From NCBI GenBank assembly GCA_903884815.1, contig CAISGE010000004.1, positions 5,136 to 69,135 of the forward strand: a stretch of DNA of 64,000 nt. Direction: 5' to 3'. Origin of the DNA: Candidatus Omnitrophota bacterium (lineage in GTDB: Bacteria > Omnitrophota > Omnitrophia > Omnitrophales > Aquincolibacteriaceae). This document shows, piece by piece, positions 10,516 through 21,086 of the stretch; the first letter of the stretch is position 1; each line of letters starts with the position of its first letter. Below the pieces are notes generated by a model. It was not told the origin of the DNA. It did not search any database and saw only the letters and a program-made list of their open reading frames with translations. The position numbers and the translations under genes were made by a program.

Positions 10516-11796
10516 TCATGAACCTTTAATAAATAGGATTTTAGTGATCTCGCGCTGCATTTTTTCAGGCACAGGACCGATCAGCGAAAGATTCAAGTTC
10601 CCGGTCCGAAAGATCTTCTGCGAAAGCTGCTGAATATCCTCGAGCGTCGCGGCCTCAATCTCGCGACGAATTTCTGCCTTATCCGGAAGCTCTCCCCCGC
10701 AAAGAGCCTTCTCCCCGGCCCAAAGCAGATGGTCCAGAGTATCTTCCACGCCCATCGAGACCTGGCTCATAAAATAATCCTTCGCGCGACGGAGTTCCCC
10801 GGGTTTCACGAAACTTTCCCGGACCTTCGCTAGTTCTCTCAAGATGACTTCCACGGCGCGCACGGACTTTTTCGTCTCCACTCCCGCGGAAACCGTAAAG
10901 GCTCCCGCATCCTGATAGCCCGAGATCCCGGATTTGATCTCATAGGCGAGCCCCCTCTTTTCGCGTACTTCCTCGAAAAGGCGGCTGGACATATTGGCAC
11001 CGAGCATCACATGGAGAAGTCCCAGTTTGTAGCGATCCGGATGCATTCGCGGCAAGGCGTGAAGGCCGATCACCAGATGGGTCTGCTCGGTTGTCTTCTC
11101 ATAGTAATGAGTTCGCGGCTTCGTCTGCTCACTTTTCGCCGGCGTGAAACGGGAAGCCTTTTTCTGCGGCTTTGTTCCGTAGATCGCGGCAACTCGCTCC
11201 AAGACTTCATCGTGGACCACATCCCCTGACACCGAGACCAGGATATTGCTTGTGTGATAATAATCTCTCTTATAACCCACGATCTCCGAACGCGTCATCC
11301 GCGACACCGTCTCCGCCGTTCCGGCTATGGTGCGACCCAGCGACTGGTCGGGCCACAACAGCTCTCCCATCAGCTCATGCACATGATGCGACGGGAGATC
11401 ACGATACATCTTGATCTCTTCCAGGATCACGGTCCGCTCTTTCGCGAGTTCCGCGGGCGGCACCGTCGAGTGAAGCACAATATCGGAAAGGACCTCAAGA
11501 GCCCGGGGATAATACTGCTTCAGGAGCTTCGCGAAATAGCAGGTGGCTTCCTCTCCGGTAAAAGCATTCAGGATCCCGCCCACGCCCTCGATCTCTTCTT
11601 TGATCTGGCGCGTGTTCCGGGTGGGGGTTCCTTTGAACATCATATGTTCGAGAAAATGCGAGATCCCGGAGATCTTCTTGGGTTCATAACGCCCGCCGGC
11701 TTTGACCCAAATAGCCACTGCGGCAGACTCCCGGTTCACCATGGGAACCGTCAGTACTCGCAGCCCATTTTCTAAAGTTGTCAGTTGATAATTCAT
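10516..11796 (-). CDS. M16 (pitrilysin) family zinc peptidase
   Basis: HFLEH inverted zinc motif, NAFT, SRLFEEVREKRGLAY. Confidence 0.95.
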   Translation of the reverse strand: MNYQLTTLENGLRVLTVPMVNRESAAVAIWVKAGGRYEPKKISGISHFLEHMMFKGTPTRNTRQIKEEIEGVGGILNAFTGEEATCYFAKLLKQYYPRALEVLSDIVLHSTVPPAELAKERTVILEEIKMYRDLPSHHVHELMGELLWPDQSLGRTIAGTAETVSRMTRSEIVGYKRDYYHTSNILVSVSGDVVHDEVLERVAAIYGTKPQKKASRFTPAKSEQTKPRTHYYEKTTEQTHLVIGLHALPRMHPDRYKLGLLHVMLGANMSSRLFEEVREKRGLAYEIKSGISGYQDAGAFTVSAGVETKKSVRAVEVILRELAKVRESFVKPGELRRAKDYFMSQVSMGVEDTLDHLLWAGEKALCGGELPDKAEIRREIEAATLEDIQQLSQKIFRTGNLNLSLIGPVPEKMQREITKILFIKGS

Positions 11797-11800
11797 GATT

Positions 11801-12232
11801 TCACCTTTGTGAGTTCGCGATCGTGCTGTCTAAATAATTCTGTAAGATCCGCTGCGCCGCGAGTTGGTCGATCATTTCTTTACGCCTCTCCCGGCGGACA
11901 TCGGCGTCGATCATCATCCGGTCCACTTCCTTGGACGAAAGCCTCTCATCCCACATCACCATCGGCACCGCAATGCGCGACTGGAACCACTCCACTTCCA
12001 GGACCCGCTTCTTCGCCGCGATCCCCATCTCCCCCTTGAGAGTGATGGGGAGTCCGACCACGACTTTCTCGGCCTTATGCTCCTGTATCAATTTCAGGAT
12101 CTGGGCCAAAACCTGCTCACGTCCCCGCACTTCGATCGTCTTCACCGGAAACGCGATGGTGGTACCCGCGGGAACGAACGCGACACCGATCCGCTTCTCC
12201 CCGAGGTCCAGGCCGAGCAGCGCGCCGCTCAT
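11801..12232 (-). CDS. ruvX: YqgF/RuvX family pre-16S rRNA nuclease
   Basis: LGLDLGEKRIGVA, VVGLP, DERLSS, IDQLAAQRILQ; ATG 12232 overlaps the trpA stop (ATGA). Confidence 0.93.
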   Translation of the reverse strand: MSGALLGLDLGEKRIGVAFVPAGTTIAFPVKTIEVRGREQVLAQILKLIQEHKAEKVVVGLPITLKGEMGIAAKKRVLEVEWFQSRIAVPMVMWDERLSSKEVDRMMIDADVRRERRKEMIDQLAAQRILQNYLDSTIANSQR

Positions 12233-13017
12233 ACGCCGTGCACGGCTTGCGACATCTTCTGAATGAACCGCTCCGCCGCGCTCACGCCACGCTTCAAATG
12301 CTCGATCACCGCGCTCCCGACGATCACCCCATCGGCCATACGGGAAATATCCCGCGCCTGTTCCGGGGTGGAGATCCCGAACCCGGCCAAAACGGGTTTT
12401 GTTGTCATACGCTTTAACTTCAAAAGATGCGCCTTTAGATCCGCGGGCAAAGCCTTGCGCGTGCCCGTCACCCCTCGAAGCGAGACATAATAGACGAAAC
12501 CTTGCGACTTCCCTACAAGCATCTTCGCCCTGGGATCCGCGGTCGTCGGCGCGACAAGCTGGACAAAATGAAGCTTCTGTTTCCGGCACTCGGACTGGAA
12601 CTCCGTTTCTTCTTCGGGCGGCAGATCCGGAATGATAAGACCGTCGAGACCCGCGCTTCTCGCGTCGCGGGCAAAGGCCTTAGTTCCATAAGAAAAGACA
12701 GGATTGATATAGCCGAAGAAAACGATCGGAAGCTTGCAACCCTTTTTCCGGAGGCGCGTTACAACGTCGAAGGCGTCCTTGATCGAGACGTTTTTCTTAA
12801 GCGCCTGCTGGGAAGAAAACTGTATCGTCGGTCCGTCGGCCAAGGGATCCGAAAAAGGAAATCCCAGTTCCAGGATATCCACTCCGGCTGCGGCCGACGA
12901 AAGGATCAACCGCTCCGTCGCGGCAATACTCGGGTAGCCCAAAGTCAGAAAGACACAGAAAAGCTTTCTTTTTTGACGCTTGGCCTGCTTTATTTTTTCA
13001 GACAGTAAATTTTTCAT
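12229..13017 (-). CDS. trpA: tryptophan synthase alpha chain
   Basis: ELGFPFSDPLADGPTIQ, IIPDLPPEE, GVTG, GFGIS, DGVIVGSA. Confidence 0.98.
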   Translation of the reverse strand: MKNLLSEKIKQAKRQKRKLFCVFLTLGYPSIAATERLILSSAAAGVDILELGFPFSDPLADGPTIQFSSQQALKKNVSIKDAFDVVTRLRKKGCKLPIVFFGYINPVFSYGTKAFARDARSAGLDGLIIPDLPPEEETEFQSECRKQKLHFVQLVAPTTADPRAKMLVGKSQGFVYYVSLRGVTGTRKALPADLKAHLLKLKRMTTKPVLAGFGISTPEQARDISRMADGVIVGSAVIEHLKRGVSAAERFIQKMSQAVHGV

Positions 13018-13025
13018 TTGTCGTC

Positions 13026-14207
13026 TCAGAGATACTGCTGCACAGTGTGAATATCTTTATCGCCCCGGCCTGAAATACAAACGATGACAATATCGTTTTT
13101 CTTGGTCTTCGGCATGAGTTTTGGAAGATACCCAAGCGCGTGCGAAGGCTCAAGCGCCGGCATGATCCCCTCGAGCTTCGTCAACACCTCAAAACCTTTA
13201 AGCGCGTCGCCATCCGTCACGGCATAATAGGACACGCGCCCCGAGTCCTTCAGATAAGCGTGCTCCGGTCCCACCGAAGGATAGTCCAGGCCCGCGGAGA
13301 TCGAATGCGCGAGCAGGACCTGCCCATTCTTGTCCTGAAGCAAATAACTTTTCATCCCATGCAAGATGCCGGGCCGACCTTTTGTGATGGAAGCCGCGTG
13401 ATGCGGCGTCGAGACGCCCTCACCGGCGGCTTCGATCCCGACGATACGCACGCTCCGGTCTTTGAGAAAAGGATGAAAGAACCCCATCGAATTACTGCCG
13501 CCGCCGACGCAGGCGATCAGATAATTGGGAAGCCTCCCCGCTTGTTTCACGATCTGCCGGCGCGTCTCCTTGCCGATCACGGATTGGAATTCCCGGACCA
13601 TCTCCGGATAAGGATGCGGCCCCACGACTGAGCCCAAAAGATAATGCGTATCCTCCACGTTCGTGACCCAGTCGCGAATGGCTTCATTGGTCGCGTCCTT
13701 TAGGGTCTTCGAACCCGAATGGACCGGCCGCACTTCCGCGCCAAGCAGTTTCATCTTGTACACATTCAGTGCCTGGCGCTCGATATCAACCGCGCCCATA
13801 TACACCACGCACTTGAGCCCGAACACGCAGGCGGCGGTAGCAGTTGCGACGCCATGCTGCCCCGCGCCGGTCTCCGCAACGAGTCGCGTTTTCCCGAGCC
13901 GCTTGGCCAAAAGTCCCTGAGCGAGCGTGCTATTGATCTTATGCGCCCCGGTATGAAGAAGATCTTCGCGCTTGAGAAAGATCCTTCCCCTGCCGAATTT
14001 CGCCGAAAGGTTCTTGGCCTCATAAAGAGCCGTCGGACGCCCCGCGTAAGATTCGAGGTAATAACGGAGCTCCTCATGAAACTTCTTATCGCGTTTGATC
14101 TTCCGATAGGCTGCAGTCAATTCCTCGCACGCCTTGACCAAGGTCTCAGGGACATAACGCCCCCCATAAGGGCCGAAATGCCCTTTCACGTCAGGAAGCT
14201 GACTCAT
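13026..14207 (-). CDS. trpB: tryptophan synthase beta chain
   Basis: [12 protein letters not shown] (PLP Lys), [30 protein letters not shown]; start MSQLPD overlaps the upstream stop. Confidence 0.98.
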   Translation of the reverse strand: MSQLPDVKGHFGPYGGRYVPETLVKACEELTAAYRKIKRDKKFHEELRYYLESYAGRPTALYEAKNLSAKFGRGRIFLKREDLLHTGAHKINSTLAQGLLAKRLGKTRLVAETGAGQHGVATATAACVFGLKCVVYMGAVDIERQALNVYKMKLLGAEVRPVHSGSKTLKDATNEAIRDWVTNVEDTHYLLGSVVGPHPYPEMVREFQSVIGKETRRQIVKQAGRLPNYLIACVGGGSNSMGFFHPFLKDRSVRIVGIEAAGEGVSTPHHAASITKGRPGILHGMKSYLLQDKNGQVLLAHSISAGLDYPSVGPEHAYLKDSGRVSYYAVTDGDALKGFEVLTKLEGIMPALEPSHALGYLPKLMPKTKKNDIVIVCISGRGDKDIHTVQQYL

Positions 14208-14959
14208 ACCTTCACCTCCGCAATATCGGACTCCCGAACCCATCCGCTCTCCCCGTTCGTCAGAAGCACCCGGCTCCAATCCTCACGCCGGTCCACCACA
14301 AACACCTTGATGCCTTCGCCCATTTTAAACGCAACCTGGTCATGTTCTGAGGGACCGAAACGCGCTTCGCATTCTTTCTGCATCACGATCGCATCCCGGA
14401 TCACATTACTCTGCACCTGTTTCCCGACGCCCACAAGCACGACGAGAAGGAGAACGAAAAAAACAAACCGCTGCCAGGGATTCCAGAAAACACCGCGCCC
14501 TCTCAGAAAATAAAGGATCCCTCCCAAGAGAAAAACAAAAAGAACTGACAGCACTCCCACATAGATCTCACGCTCCGTCGCATACTTCAGAACCGCCTCG
14601 GTCGCCTTCAGATACCAATTGCGCGAATCTTCCACGCGATACTCGAGAAGCCCTTGCGTGTGGCGGAGATTTTCCCGGATATCCGCGTTCCGCGGGTCCA
14701 GTCTCAACGCCTTTTCATAGCTCAGGATCGCCTGACTATATTTCCCGAGCCGCACGTAAGCGTTGGCCAGATCATAATGGAATGCCGCAACACGCGGGGT
14801 CTTTTCGATCAGCGATTCATAAAGTCCGGCCGCTTTCGCGTAATCCCCGGTCCGGTAACTGGTGTTCGCGTCTTCAAAAAGTTTCGCCGCGTCCGCCGCC
14901 GTGCAGAACGAGGGCACCAAACACAACGCGATCAGTAAAAACCCGGCGATCCGTTTCAT
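14204..14959 (-). CDS. BatE-like TPR + TM + SH3b protein
   Basis: Signal peptide, TPR ([19 protein letters not shown]), two TMs, C-terminal SH3-like (W....NGESGWV); follows batD. Confidence 0.8.
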   Translation of the reverse strand: MKRIAGFLLIALCLVPSFCTAADAAKLFEDANTSYRTGDYAKAAGLYESLIEKTPRVAAFHYDLANAYVRLGKYSQAILSYEKALRLDPRNADIRENLRHTQGLLEYRVEDSRNWYLKATEAVLKYATEREIYVGVLSVLFVFLLGGILYFLRGRGVFWNPWQRFVFFVLLLVVLVGVGKQVQSNVIRDAIVMQKECEARFGPSEHDQVAFKMGEGIKVFVVDRREDWSRVLLTNGESGWVRESDIAEVKV

Positions 14960-16857
14960 CTCCGCATCCTTTCGATCCGGTTCACGGTATCCTGGAAGAT
15001 CTTGAGCCCGATCTTCTTCGAAGCTTGGGGGATCGAGCCCTTTCCAAAACGGGATTCGTCACACAAGCGATACAGTTCGAACACGTCCTTGAGATGCGCG
15101 TCACCGGCACCGAAATGCGCGGTAAGCGTGCTTTCCAGATCCTGGCGCGTCACGCCGTAGGCCGAAAGATCCCATTTGTCCGCGACATAATGGGTCATGG
15201 CCTTCTCCAGTTCCACAAAAAAGGCCGCGACATCCTGATCCTTCGAGGAGCGCGCGAGCCTTTTAAGTTTATGCATGGAGGCCGAGGCGGCTGACCGCGC
15301 GGTCTTACGGCGGCGAAGGGCCGTGTCTTTTGAGAAAAGCCGATCCTGCCGGTCCTTCATCCACAAAATAAGGAGGAGGACCCCGAGGAGGAGATCCACT
15401 CCGGCAAGGATTTTGTAGATCTTATCCACGATCCCGGCCTGAAAAACCTCGGGAAGTCTTTCGTCAATATAGCGGATGTCTTGGCCTTCCGACTTGACCT
15501 TTTTCTGAAAGATCGAATTCCCCGACAACTCCTTCGGCATCTGAAAAGCTTGCTCCGAATGCTCCACTGTGATCGGGAAATTCGGAGTCTGCAGCGTCAC
15601 GTACTTTTCCTGACGCGGATCAAAGTAGCTGAACTCCAAAGGCGGGATAAAGGAACTGCCCTCCTCTTTAGGAATAAAAACCGTCTCAAAACTCTTCGTG
15701 CCCCCGACCACATTTTCGGTCTGGTAGAGTTTTGAATTGGTATCGGCGTCGTACGTCTTGAAGCCCGTCAGTGCCGGGATCTTGGGGCGAGTGATCGTTT
15801 CAATATTGCCTTCCCCTTCAATGACCATCTTGAGCGTTACCGGCTCATTCTGCTTGACCTTGTCTTTATCTACCGAAGCAGACAAACGAAAAGATCCCAC
15901 AGCTCCCTGAAAACCGGCAGGCTTCCCATTTTCGGGCAGGGGTTTCACGACCAACTGGATCGGCGGAGGGTTAAGCAACTTGTTCTGACGACGCGCGAAA
16001 AAAGAACCTCCCGTAAAAAAACTGTCACTAAAAAATTCATCGAAGGCGTTGTTGCCCTGCGGCTCTTCCCGGATCGAGACTTTGAGGCTTCCGGGCTGGA
16101 TCGTATAATTCCCGGGCGCGGTCGGAAAGAGCGCGAGTTTTTTCACGTCAGCCCGGATGTAACGCTTTCCGTTCATGCGGACATTTTCCCTTGGAACTTC
16201 CCGGTCCATCGGAAATTCCTCGATCCAGAACCCGCTTGTTTCCGGCTCCTTTTCAAAACCTTCGTAGCGCGTGTCATACCGGGTGTAGAGGGAGTAGGTC
16301 AGAAGCATCTGCTGGTTCTGATAAAGGGTCGTCCGGTCGACGGTGGCCTGCACGAAAATATTGTCATCTGTGCCCGGAGATACGGAAACCGTCTCATCCT
16401 GCGGCGCCTGAGGCGGCATTGGTGCGTTCACAGGAAGGGGTTGCGTCGGCACTTGGGGACTTGCCGGTTGCGCCTGACCGCCGGTGATGTCGAGCGTCAC
16501 CGCCTCGGTGCTAAGCATGCTTTGACCTACCGGGATCTCGAAAGGCCCAAGGACACAGTGCCCGGCCCTCTGAGGGATCAGGGTATAACTGAACTCAACA
16601 TTGGAAGAAGATACTCCGTTCACGAATGCGATGTGGGATGCGCGCCCGGTGTAATACGCATCAAAACCATCGAGTTTGGGAAGCCGCGGCGCCTGAAGAT
16701 TCATGGCCTGGCCGTTCACGCGGATATTGAGCCGGATCTCTTCCCCCACCTGGGCCGTATTCTTATTCACGGAAGCAGATACACGGACTTCCTCGGCCTG
16801 AAGGGTAGGGACAGAAATACCCAGAATGAGTGCTGCGATGATTAGGATTTTTTTCAT
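14956..16857 (-). CDS. batD: BatD family protein
   Basis: Signal peptide, repeated Ig-like units, FQGAVGSF, IEGEGNI, FSYFDP, C-terminal TM. Confidence 0.85.
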   Translation of the reverse strand: MKKILIIAALILGISVPTLQAEEVRVSASVNKNTAQVGEEIRLNIRVNGQAMNLQAPRLPKLDGFDAYYTGRASHIAFVNGVSSSNVEFSYTLIPQRAGHCVLGPFEIPVGQSMLSTEAVTLDITGGQAQPASPQVPTQPLPVNAPMPPQAPQDETVSVSPGTDDNIFVQATVDRTTLYQNQQMLLTYSLYTRYDTRYEGFEKEPETSGFWIEEFPMDREVPRENVRMNGKRYIRADVKKLALFPTAPGNYTIQPGSLKVSIREEPQGNNAFDEFFSDSFFTGGSFFARRQNKLLNPPPIQLVVKPLPENGKPAGFQGAVGSFRLSASVDKDKVKQNEPVTLKMVIEGEGNIETITRPKIPALTGFKTYDADTNSKLYQTENVVGGTKSFETVFIPKEEGSSFIPPLEFSYFDPRQEKYVTLQTPNFPITVEHSEQAFQMPKELSGNSIFQKKVKSEGQDIRYIDERLPEVFQAGIVDKIYKILAGVDLLLGVLLLILWMKDRQDRLFSKDTALRRRKTARSAASASMHKLKRLARSSKDQDVAAFFVELEKAMTHYVADKWDLSAYGVTRQDLESTLTAHFGAGDAHLKDVFELYRLCDESRFGKGSIPQASKKIGLKIFQDTVNRIERMRR

Positions 16858-16890
16858 AGTAGTGTCACAAGAGGCGGTATTGTATAGGAA

Positions 16891-17826
16891 TCACAACACA
16901 ATTTCAAACAACGAGTTAAGCGCGGAACGTTTGTCGGAAATCCTTTGAAGGAGACGGTCGAGTTCAGCGGTCGTCTTGACCCGGGCATGCAACTCAAAGC
17001 CCGGCTCTTCGAAGCCCTGAACGGGCTCCAGGCGAAGTTCCTTGGCATCCCGGAGAATATCGGCCCGGCGTTCCTCGAACGCCTCAAGGTATTGAGAGTA
17101 CCCGGGAAAACGAAGCCGCTTGATCGCGGCAAAAAGCCGGTCCGCCTTTGTCCTCGGATCCATGCCCCGCACGTCGAGAGCCTCCAAGACCTTGTTTTCC
17201 GCAAGAATCGTCTCAAGATTTTTCCCCGTGCCCCGGATAAGATCGGCCAGCCATTCCCCGGCCTGAAGTAGTTGGGAGCTGGTGAGCTTGGCCTTGCCGC
17301 AGATCTTTCGGGCGAAGCAGATCTGATCGGCCTTAGAGAACTTCAGGAGAAACGTCATCGCTCGAAGCGGCAAATGCCCATCGGCCACGAGATCCTTCAC
17401 CGGCGCCGGGCATTGATCGATCTTCTGATAAAATTCCAGCAAGTCCTTGTCACCCGGAAGCCCCAAGATCGGCATGATCACGCGAAGCGTGTCGGCCTCG
17501 GAAAAATGAAGCTCACGAACCGCCATTGCCAGCGCCAGCGCACGGTCGATCTCGGGAAAATTCTGTTTCCAATTCGTGGCAAGGCTCAGGAGAAAAGAAT
17601 CCCGCCGATCCATCGCTTTCACGGCGAACACCGGAACGGTCTTCATTTTCAGAGCTCTCGCCGCATGAAGACGCTTGTGTCCCGCGATCACGGTGGGACG
17701 GTCCCCCGCCGTTACCAAGATCGGCATCATCATTCCGGCGCGTTTGATCGACGCCTGAAGAAAATTATCCGCCAGGCGGTACCGGTAGCAAAACGCACCG
17801 TCTTTTCGTATCTTCTGAACCGCCAT
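16891..17826 (-). CDS. ParB N-terminal (ParB/Srx-like) domain protein
   Basis: SIKRAGMMMPILV...VIAGHKRLHAARAL resembles ParB boxes I/II, followed by a helical region. Start uncertain (ATG 17826 or 17847). Confidence 0.7.
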   Translation of the reverse strand: MAVQKIRKDGAFCYRYRLADNFLQASIKRAGMMMPILVTAGDRPTVIAGHKRLHAARALKMKTVPVFAVKAMDRRDSFLLSLATNWKQNFPEIDRALALAMAVRELHFSEADTLRVIMPILGLPGDKDLLEFYQKIDQCPAPVKDLVADGHLPLRAMTFLLKFSKADQICFARKICGKAKLTSSQLLQAGEWLADLIRGTGKNLETILAENKVLEALDVRGMDPRTKADRLFAAIKRLRFPGYSQYLEAFEERRADILRDAKELRLEPVQGFEEPGFELHARVKTTAELDRLLQRISDKRSALNSLFEIVL

Positions 17827-17868
17827 TCCACCTACGAGGTGTGACATATCACACCTCGTAGGTGGGAT
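17825..17868. repeat. near-perfect palindrome (17-bp perfect arms, 4-nt loop)
   Basis: CCACCTACGAGGTGTGA-cata-TCACACCTCGTAGGTGG at 17828-17865. Confidence 0.9.
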
Positions 17869-17873
17869 CGGGT

Positions 17874-19067
17874 TTACTTGAGTGTGGCGAGCCATTCTTT
17901 CTCCAACTGAGCGGTCGAGATCAGGAGCACTTCCTCGATCGCCTGCTCGACGGGTTTCCCCTCTTTGATCTTGATGAGGATCTCTTTGATGCGGTACATC
18001 TGATATCGGTCGACCATGTAGCTGACCAGTTTAAAAACCTGCTGGTAAAAGAGCGCCACTTCAAGCGGGTCCATCTTTTCCACATCCAGATTTTCAGAAA
18101 GTAACCGGTTCATCGACATGAGGGTCTGCGTACGGATCGCCGCGTTAAATACCAGCAAGTCGACCGGCTTAATCTTGTTCTGCTCATACTGCGCCAGCCC
18201 TTCATGAAGCCAAGCAGGAGCCCGCCCGCCGCTCAGAGAAGCCACAAAGGCGTGTGTCATTTCGTGGGTCGCGGCCGAGCGCAAGTCCTGTTCCCGGAAT
18301 CCCTGTTTATAGGCCGGCAAACGGATCTTCCCGTCATACAGCCCTCCCACAAAGTCCTTCTGCCCCGTCACGTCATGGAACAGATCCCCCTCATAAAAAA
18401 GCACCGCCGTCTTGTGATTGAAGTATTGCCCGAAATCCTGAGAGATCTGGCGGTAGGTTTCCTGCAACATACTCTTCAACCAGGAACCCTCGTAGCCTTC
18501 CTCTCCCTTTTGGTATTTGATAATAAAATGCTCTTCGTCATAAGTGTCGAGGTTCTTTTCCACGGCGTTCTCTTTCTGGATCTTCTCGATCTTCTCACGA
18601 AGCCGCGTCGACGGGCTCACCAGATAGCTGCGTTTGTAATAATATTCCGCCTTCTCGAAATTCTGCTGAAGATTCTCGATCTCCCCAAGAAGTTCAAAAG
18701 CGAGAGCATTGCGCGGCTCAAGCGCGATCGACTCATTCAGTGCATCCCGCGCGAGCTCAAACTCATTCTTTTCAAAGAACTTCACGGCATCGTTATAAAG
18801 CTCGATCGCCATGGGGGTCATGGGGGCCTTGCCGTCCCGGGACGCGTAGAAGCGATCGATGTCGATCTTCTGCTGACGTTCCACGGACTCCTTGCCGTGA
18901 TCGTTATCGTTTGTTGCCGCGTGTGAGATAGCGCAAAGAGCAAAGCTCAAAGCGAAAAACGCAGGAACGCTCAGTAAAACGGGGAATGGGGAACGGGGAA
19001 CGAAAGAACATTTCCCCTGATCAATATTAGTCTGCATCTCGGGCACCATCTTTAGTCGTTGGTCCAT
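17874..19067 (-). CDS. TPR-containing clan MA metallopeptidase-like exported protein
   Basis: Hydrophobic leader, TPRs, HEMTH followed by PAWLHEGLAQY; start uncertain. Confidence 0.82.
   Translation of the reverse strand: MDQRLKMVPEMQTNIDQGKCSFVPRSPFPVLLSVPAFFALSFALCAISHAATNDNDHGKESVERQQKIDIDRFYASRDGKAPMTPMAIELYNDAVKFFEKNEFELARDALNESIALEPRNALAFELLGEIENLQQNFEKAEYYYKRSYLVSPSTRLREKIEKIQKENAVEKNLDTYDEEHFIIKYQKGEEGYEGSWLKSMLQETYRQISQDFGQYFNHKTAVLFYEGDLFHDVTGQKDFVGGLYDGKIRLPAYKQGFREQDLRSAATHEMTHAFVASLSGGRAPAWLHEGLAQYEQNKIKPVDLLVFNAAIRTQTLMSMNRLLSENLDVEKMDPLEVALFYQQVFKLVSYMVDRYQMYRIKEILIKIKEGKPVEQAIEEVLLISTAQLEKEWLATLK
18980..19002. repeat. heptamer tandem repeat (YGGGGAA x3) inside a gene 5' end
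   Basis: CGGGGAA TGGGGAA CGGGGAA CG; encodes VPRSPFP. Confidence 0.6.
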
Positions 19068-20155
19068 CGTTCGGCCATCGCGACGCGCTTGCCGATCGAG
19101 GGATGATCGTAAAAAAACCATTCATACCACGCCGGGGGCTCCGGGTCCGCGAGATTCTGTTCACCGAGCTTTTTCATGCAAGTGATAAAAACATCCCGCG
19201 TCTCAAGGGCCCTCAGTGCGAAAAGATCCGCCGCCCGCTCACGCCTTCGCGAGTAACCGTTCATGAGCGGCGTCAGGATCAGATTCACGATATAAAAGAT
19301 AAGGAACAGGAGTGGCAAACCGGCAACATCGGACGCTGAAGCCAGCCCCACCTTCCCCGCCATGGCTCGAATCCCCCAAAAGCCCGCCGCGAACGCGACG
19401 AGCGAAGCCACAAGCCCGAACCCCAGCAGCCGCCAGACATCCTGGTGTTTGTAATGCCCCAATTCATGAGCCACCACCACCTCCACTTCCGGATGGGTGA
19501 AGTTCTGGATCAAGGTATCACTCAGAACGACACGCTTCGTCCGGCCAAGCCCCATAAACGCGGCATTCGCCTTCTTGGTCGTCTTGCTCAAATTAAGCGA
19601 ATAGACATTCCCGACCGGCATATCAAAGCGCGCGGCAAGAGCCAAAACCTTCGTCTCCAGGTCCTTGTCCTCAAGGCTACCATACTTGTAGAAAAGCGGA
19701 ACGATCAGAACCGGAAATACCTTGCCCAGAACATAGCTGACGAACGCGTAGGCCGCCCAGGCCCAAAGCCACCAATGGGACGGATCGGCGCGAATGATCC
19801 AATAAAGGCATTCCAGGAGAACGAGGGATAACCCGAATGAAAGAAGCGTCTTCTTCCCGAGATCCAAAAGCCACTGGCGGAAATTCTGATTCGAGAGACC
19901 GAACCGGTGCTCCAGCATGAAGCCGGAATAAAAAGAGAGCGGCAAGTCGAATATCAGAAAGAAAAGCGAGAACAGGACAAAATAGATCGCGACCACGCCC
20001 CAGTCGCCAGCACCCACGAGAGCAACGGCATTCTGCCGCATCCCGAACGTCCATCCGCTCGCGATCAATATTCCAAGCAGCGCCGGCGTCAGAACGAGCT
20101 GGAACAGGCTGAGCCTTCGATGGATGAGCTGGTATTCACGAGCTTTATTTTCCAT
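19052..20155 (-). CDS. M48 family (Ste24/HtpX-like) membrane metalloprotease
   Basis: Multiple TMs, ANAAFMGLG, HELGH, ERAAD, HPS; start MENKARE. Confidence 0.93.
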   Translation of the reverse strand: MENKAREYQLIHRRLSLFQLVLTPALLGILIASGWTFGMRQNAVALVGAGDWGVVAIYFVLFSLFFLIFDLPLSFYSGFMLEHRFGLSNQNFRQWLLDLGKKTLLSFGLSLVLLECLYWIIRADPSHWWLWAWAAYAFVSYVLGKVFPVLIVPLFYKYGSLEDKDLETKVLALAARFDMPVGNVYSLNLSKTTKKANAAFMGLGRTKRVVLSDTLIQNFTHPEVEVVVAHELGHYKHQDVWRLLGFGLVASLVAFAAGFWGIRAMAGKVGLASASDVAGLPLLFLIFYIVNLILTPLMNGYSRRRERAADLFALRALETRDVFITCMKKLGEQNLADPEPPAWYEWFFYDHPSIGKRVAMAERWTND

Positions 20156-20210
20156 AGACGGCTCTTTCCATGTCACACCTATTTGAACAACCGAATGTAC
20201 GTAGCCGATC

Positions 20211-20308
20211 GTAAGTAATAGGTAGTATGTAGTAGGTAGAAAATCCGTCTTTCGTTTCCCGTTACAACCTACCATCTACTACCTATCACCTACCACATAC
20301 CACCTACC
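20211..20308. repeat. inverted pair of degenerate heptamer arrays
   Basis: Left arm GTAAGTA ATAGGTA GTATGTA GTAGGTA; right arm CTACCAT CTACTAC CTATCAC CTACCAC ATACCAC CTACC. Confidence 0.8.
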
Positions 20309-21054
20309 GTTTTTCGTCGAACTCCGTCATGACCCCAAAATGATCCGAGGGGAAAACACCCGCGGGAGACGGCTGATTAAAAACAACAGCGGACGACTTG
20401 ATCTTCTCAAGCGGCCCGGTCCGCTCCTTAATAAAAATGTAATCAATCCGGCGCTCGGCCATTTTGTCCCGCTCTTTTTTCCGCGTACGGGTTCCGGTAA
20501 TCCCAGGTCAGGCCCAAATCGCCCGGATTCTTGACATAGAACGTATCGATCCACTTCCGGATCTCCCGCAAATACACCACCGGTGGCGTGCTCGCACCGC
20601 CGTTGAAGTCCCCCAAGACAACCGCGGGAAGATTGACGGATTTCTGATTCACGAACGCTTCAAGTTCCAGTGTCTGTTTCATGCGAAACTCGTTCTCGTC
20701 GGCCCGCCAGGAAAGATGCGTGTTGAAAAGCGCAACATCCTGAGTTCCCGTATCAACGCGGAGATAAAAGGCGTAACGAAGGTAATCCTCGGAAGGCGAC
20801 CGGGTCTTCATGACAAGACATTCCTGCTCGACTGGTTTGAACTTGGAAAGGAAAACAAGTCCGGAATGTTCCCCGCTCACAGCCAAATAGGGATACCCGC
20901 TGCGCTCCCGGGCCTCTTCCGCCCATTCCATGTTGAATACTTCCTGAAGTCCGACAATGTCCGCCTGATATTCCTTAAGGCCCCGGAAGATCAGCTCCCA
21001 CCGCTCGCGCCACGGCCCGCGCTCTTGCCAGGTATTTAACGTGAGTATCTTCAT
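20304..21054 (-). pseudogene. endonuclease/exonuclease/phosphatase (EEP) family gene with +1 frameshift (real or sequencing artefact)
   Basis: ILTLNTW, LQEV, NTHL, GDFN in one frame; RIDYIF and PSDHFGV in another frame after the T6 run at 20475-20480. Span is 751 nt = 250 codons + 1. Confidence 0.85.
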
Positions 21055-21086
21055 GCTCGGCTTGCCTCGCACAAAAAGTTAGGCGT

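Noticed and set aside
12233-12589. Long N-terminal extensions in the ORF track (ruvX from 12589; also 14279, 6446, 17895, 19121, 20275)
   Set aside because: They overlap upstream genes or repeats; downstream starts match family N-termini, RBSs or coupled stops.
17825-17868. Canonical parS site or intrinsic terminator
   Set aside because: Does not match TGTTTCACGTGAAACA and has no adjacent U-tract.
20327-20554. 75-aa ORF as the missing EEP C-terminus
   Set aside because: Wrong frame; the RIDYIF/SDH motifs lie in the third frame, ending at 20304.
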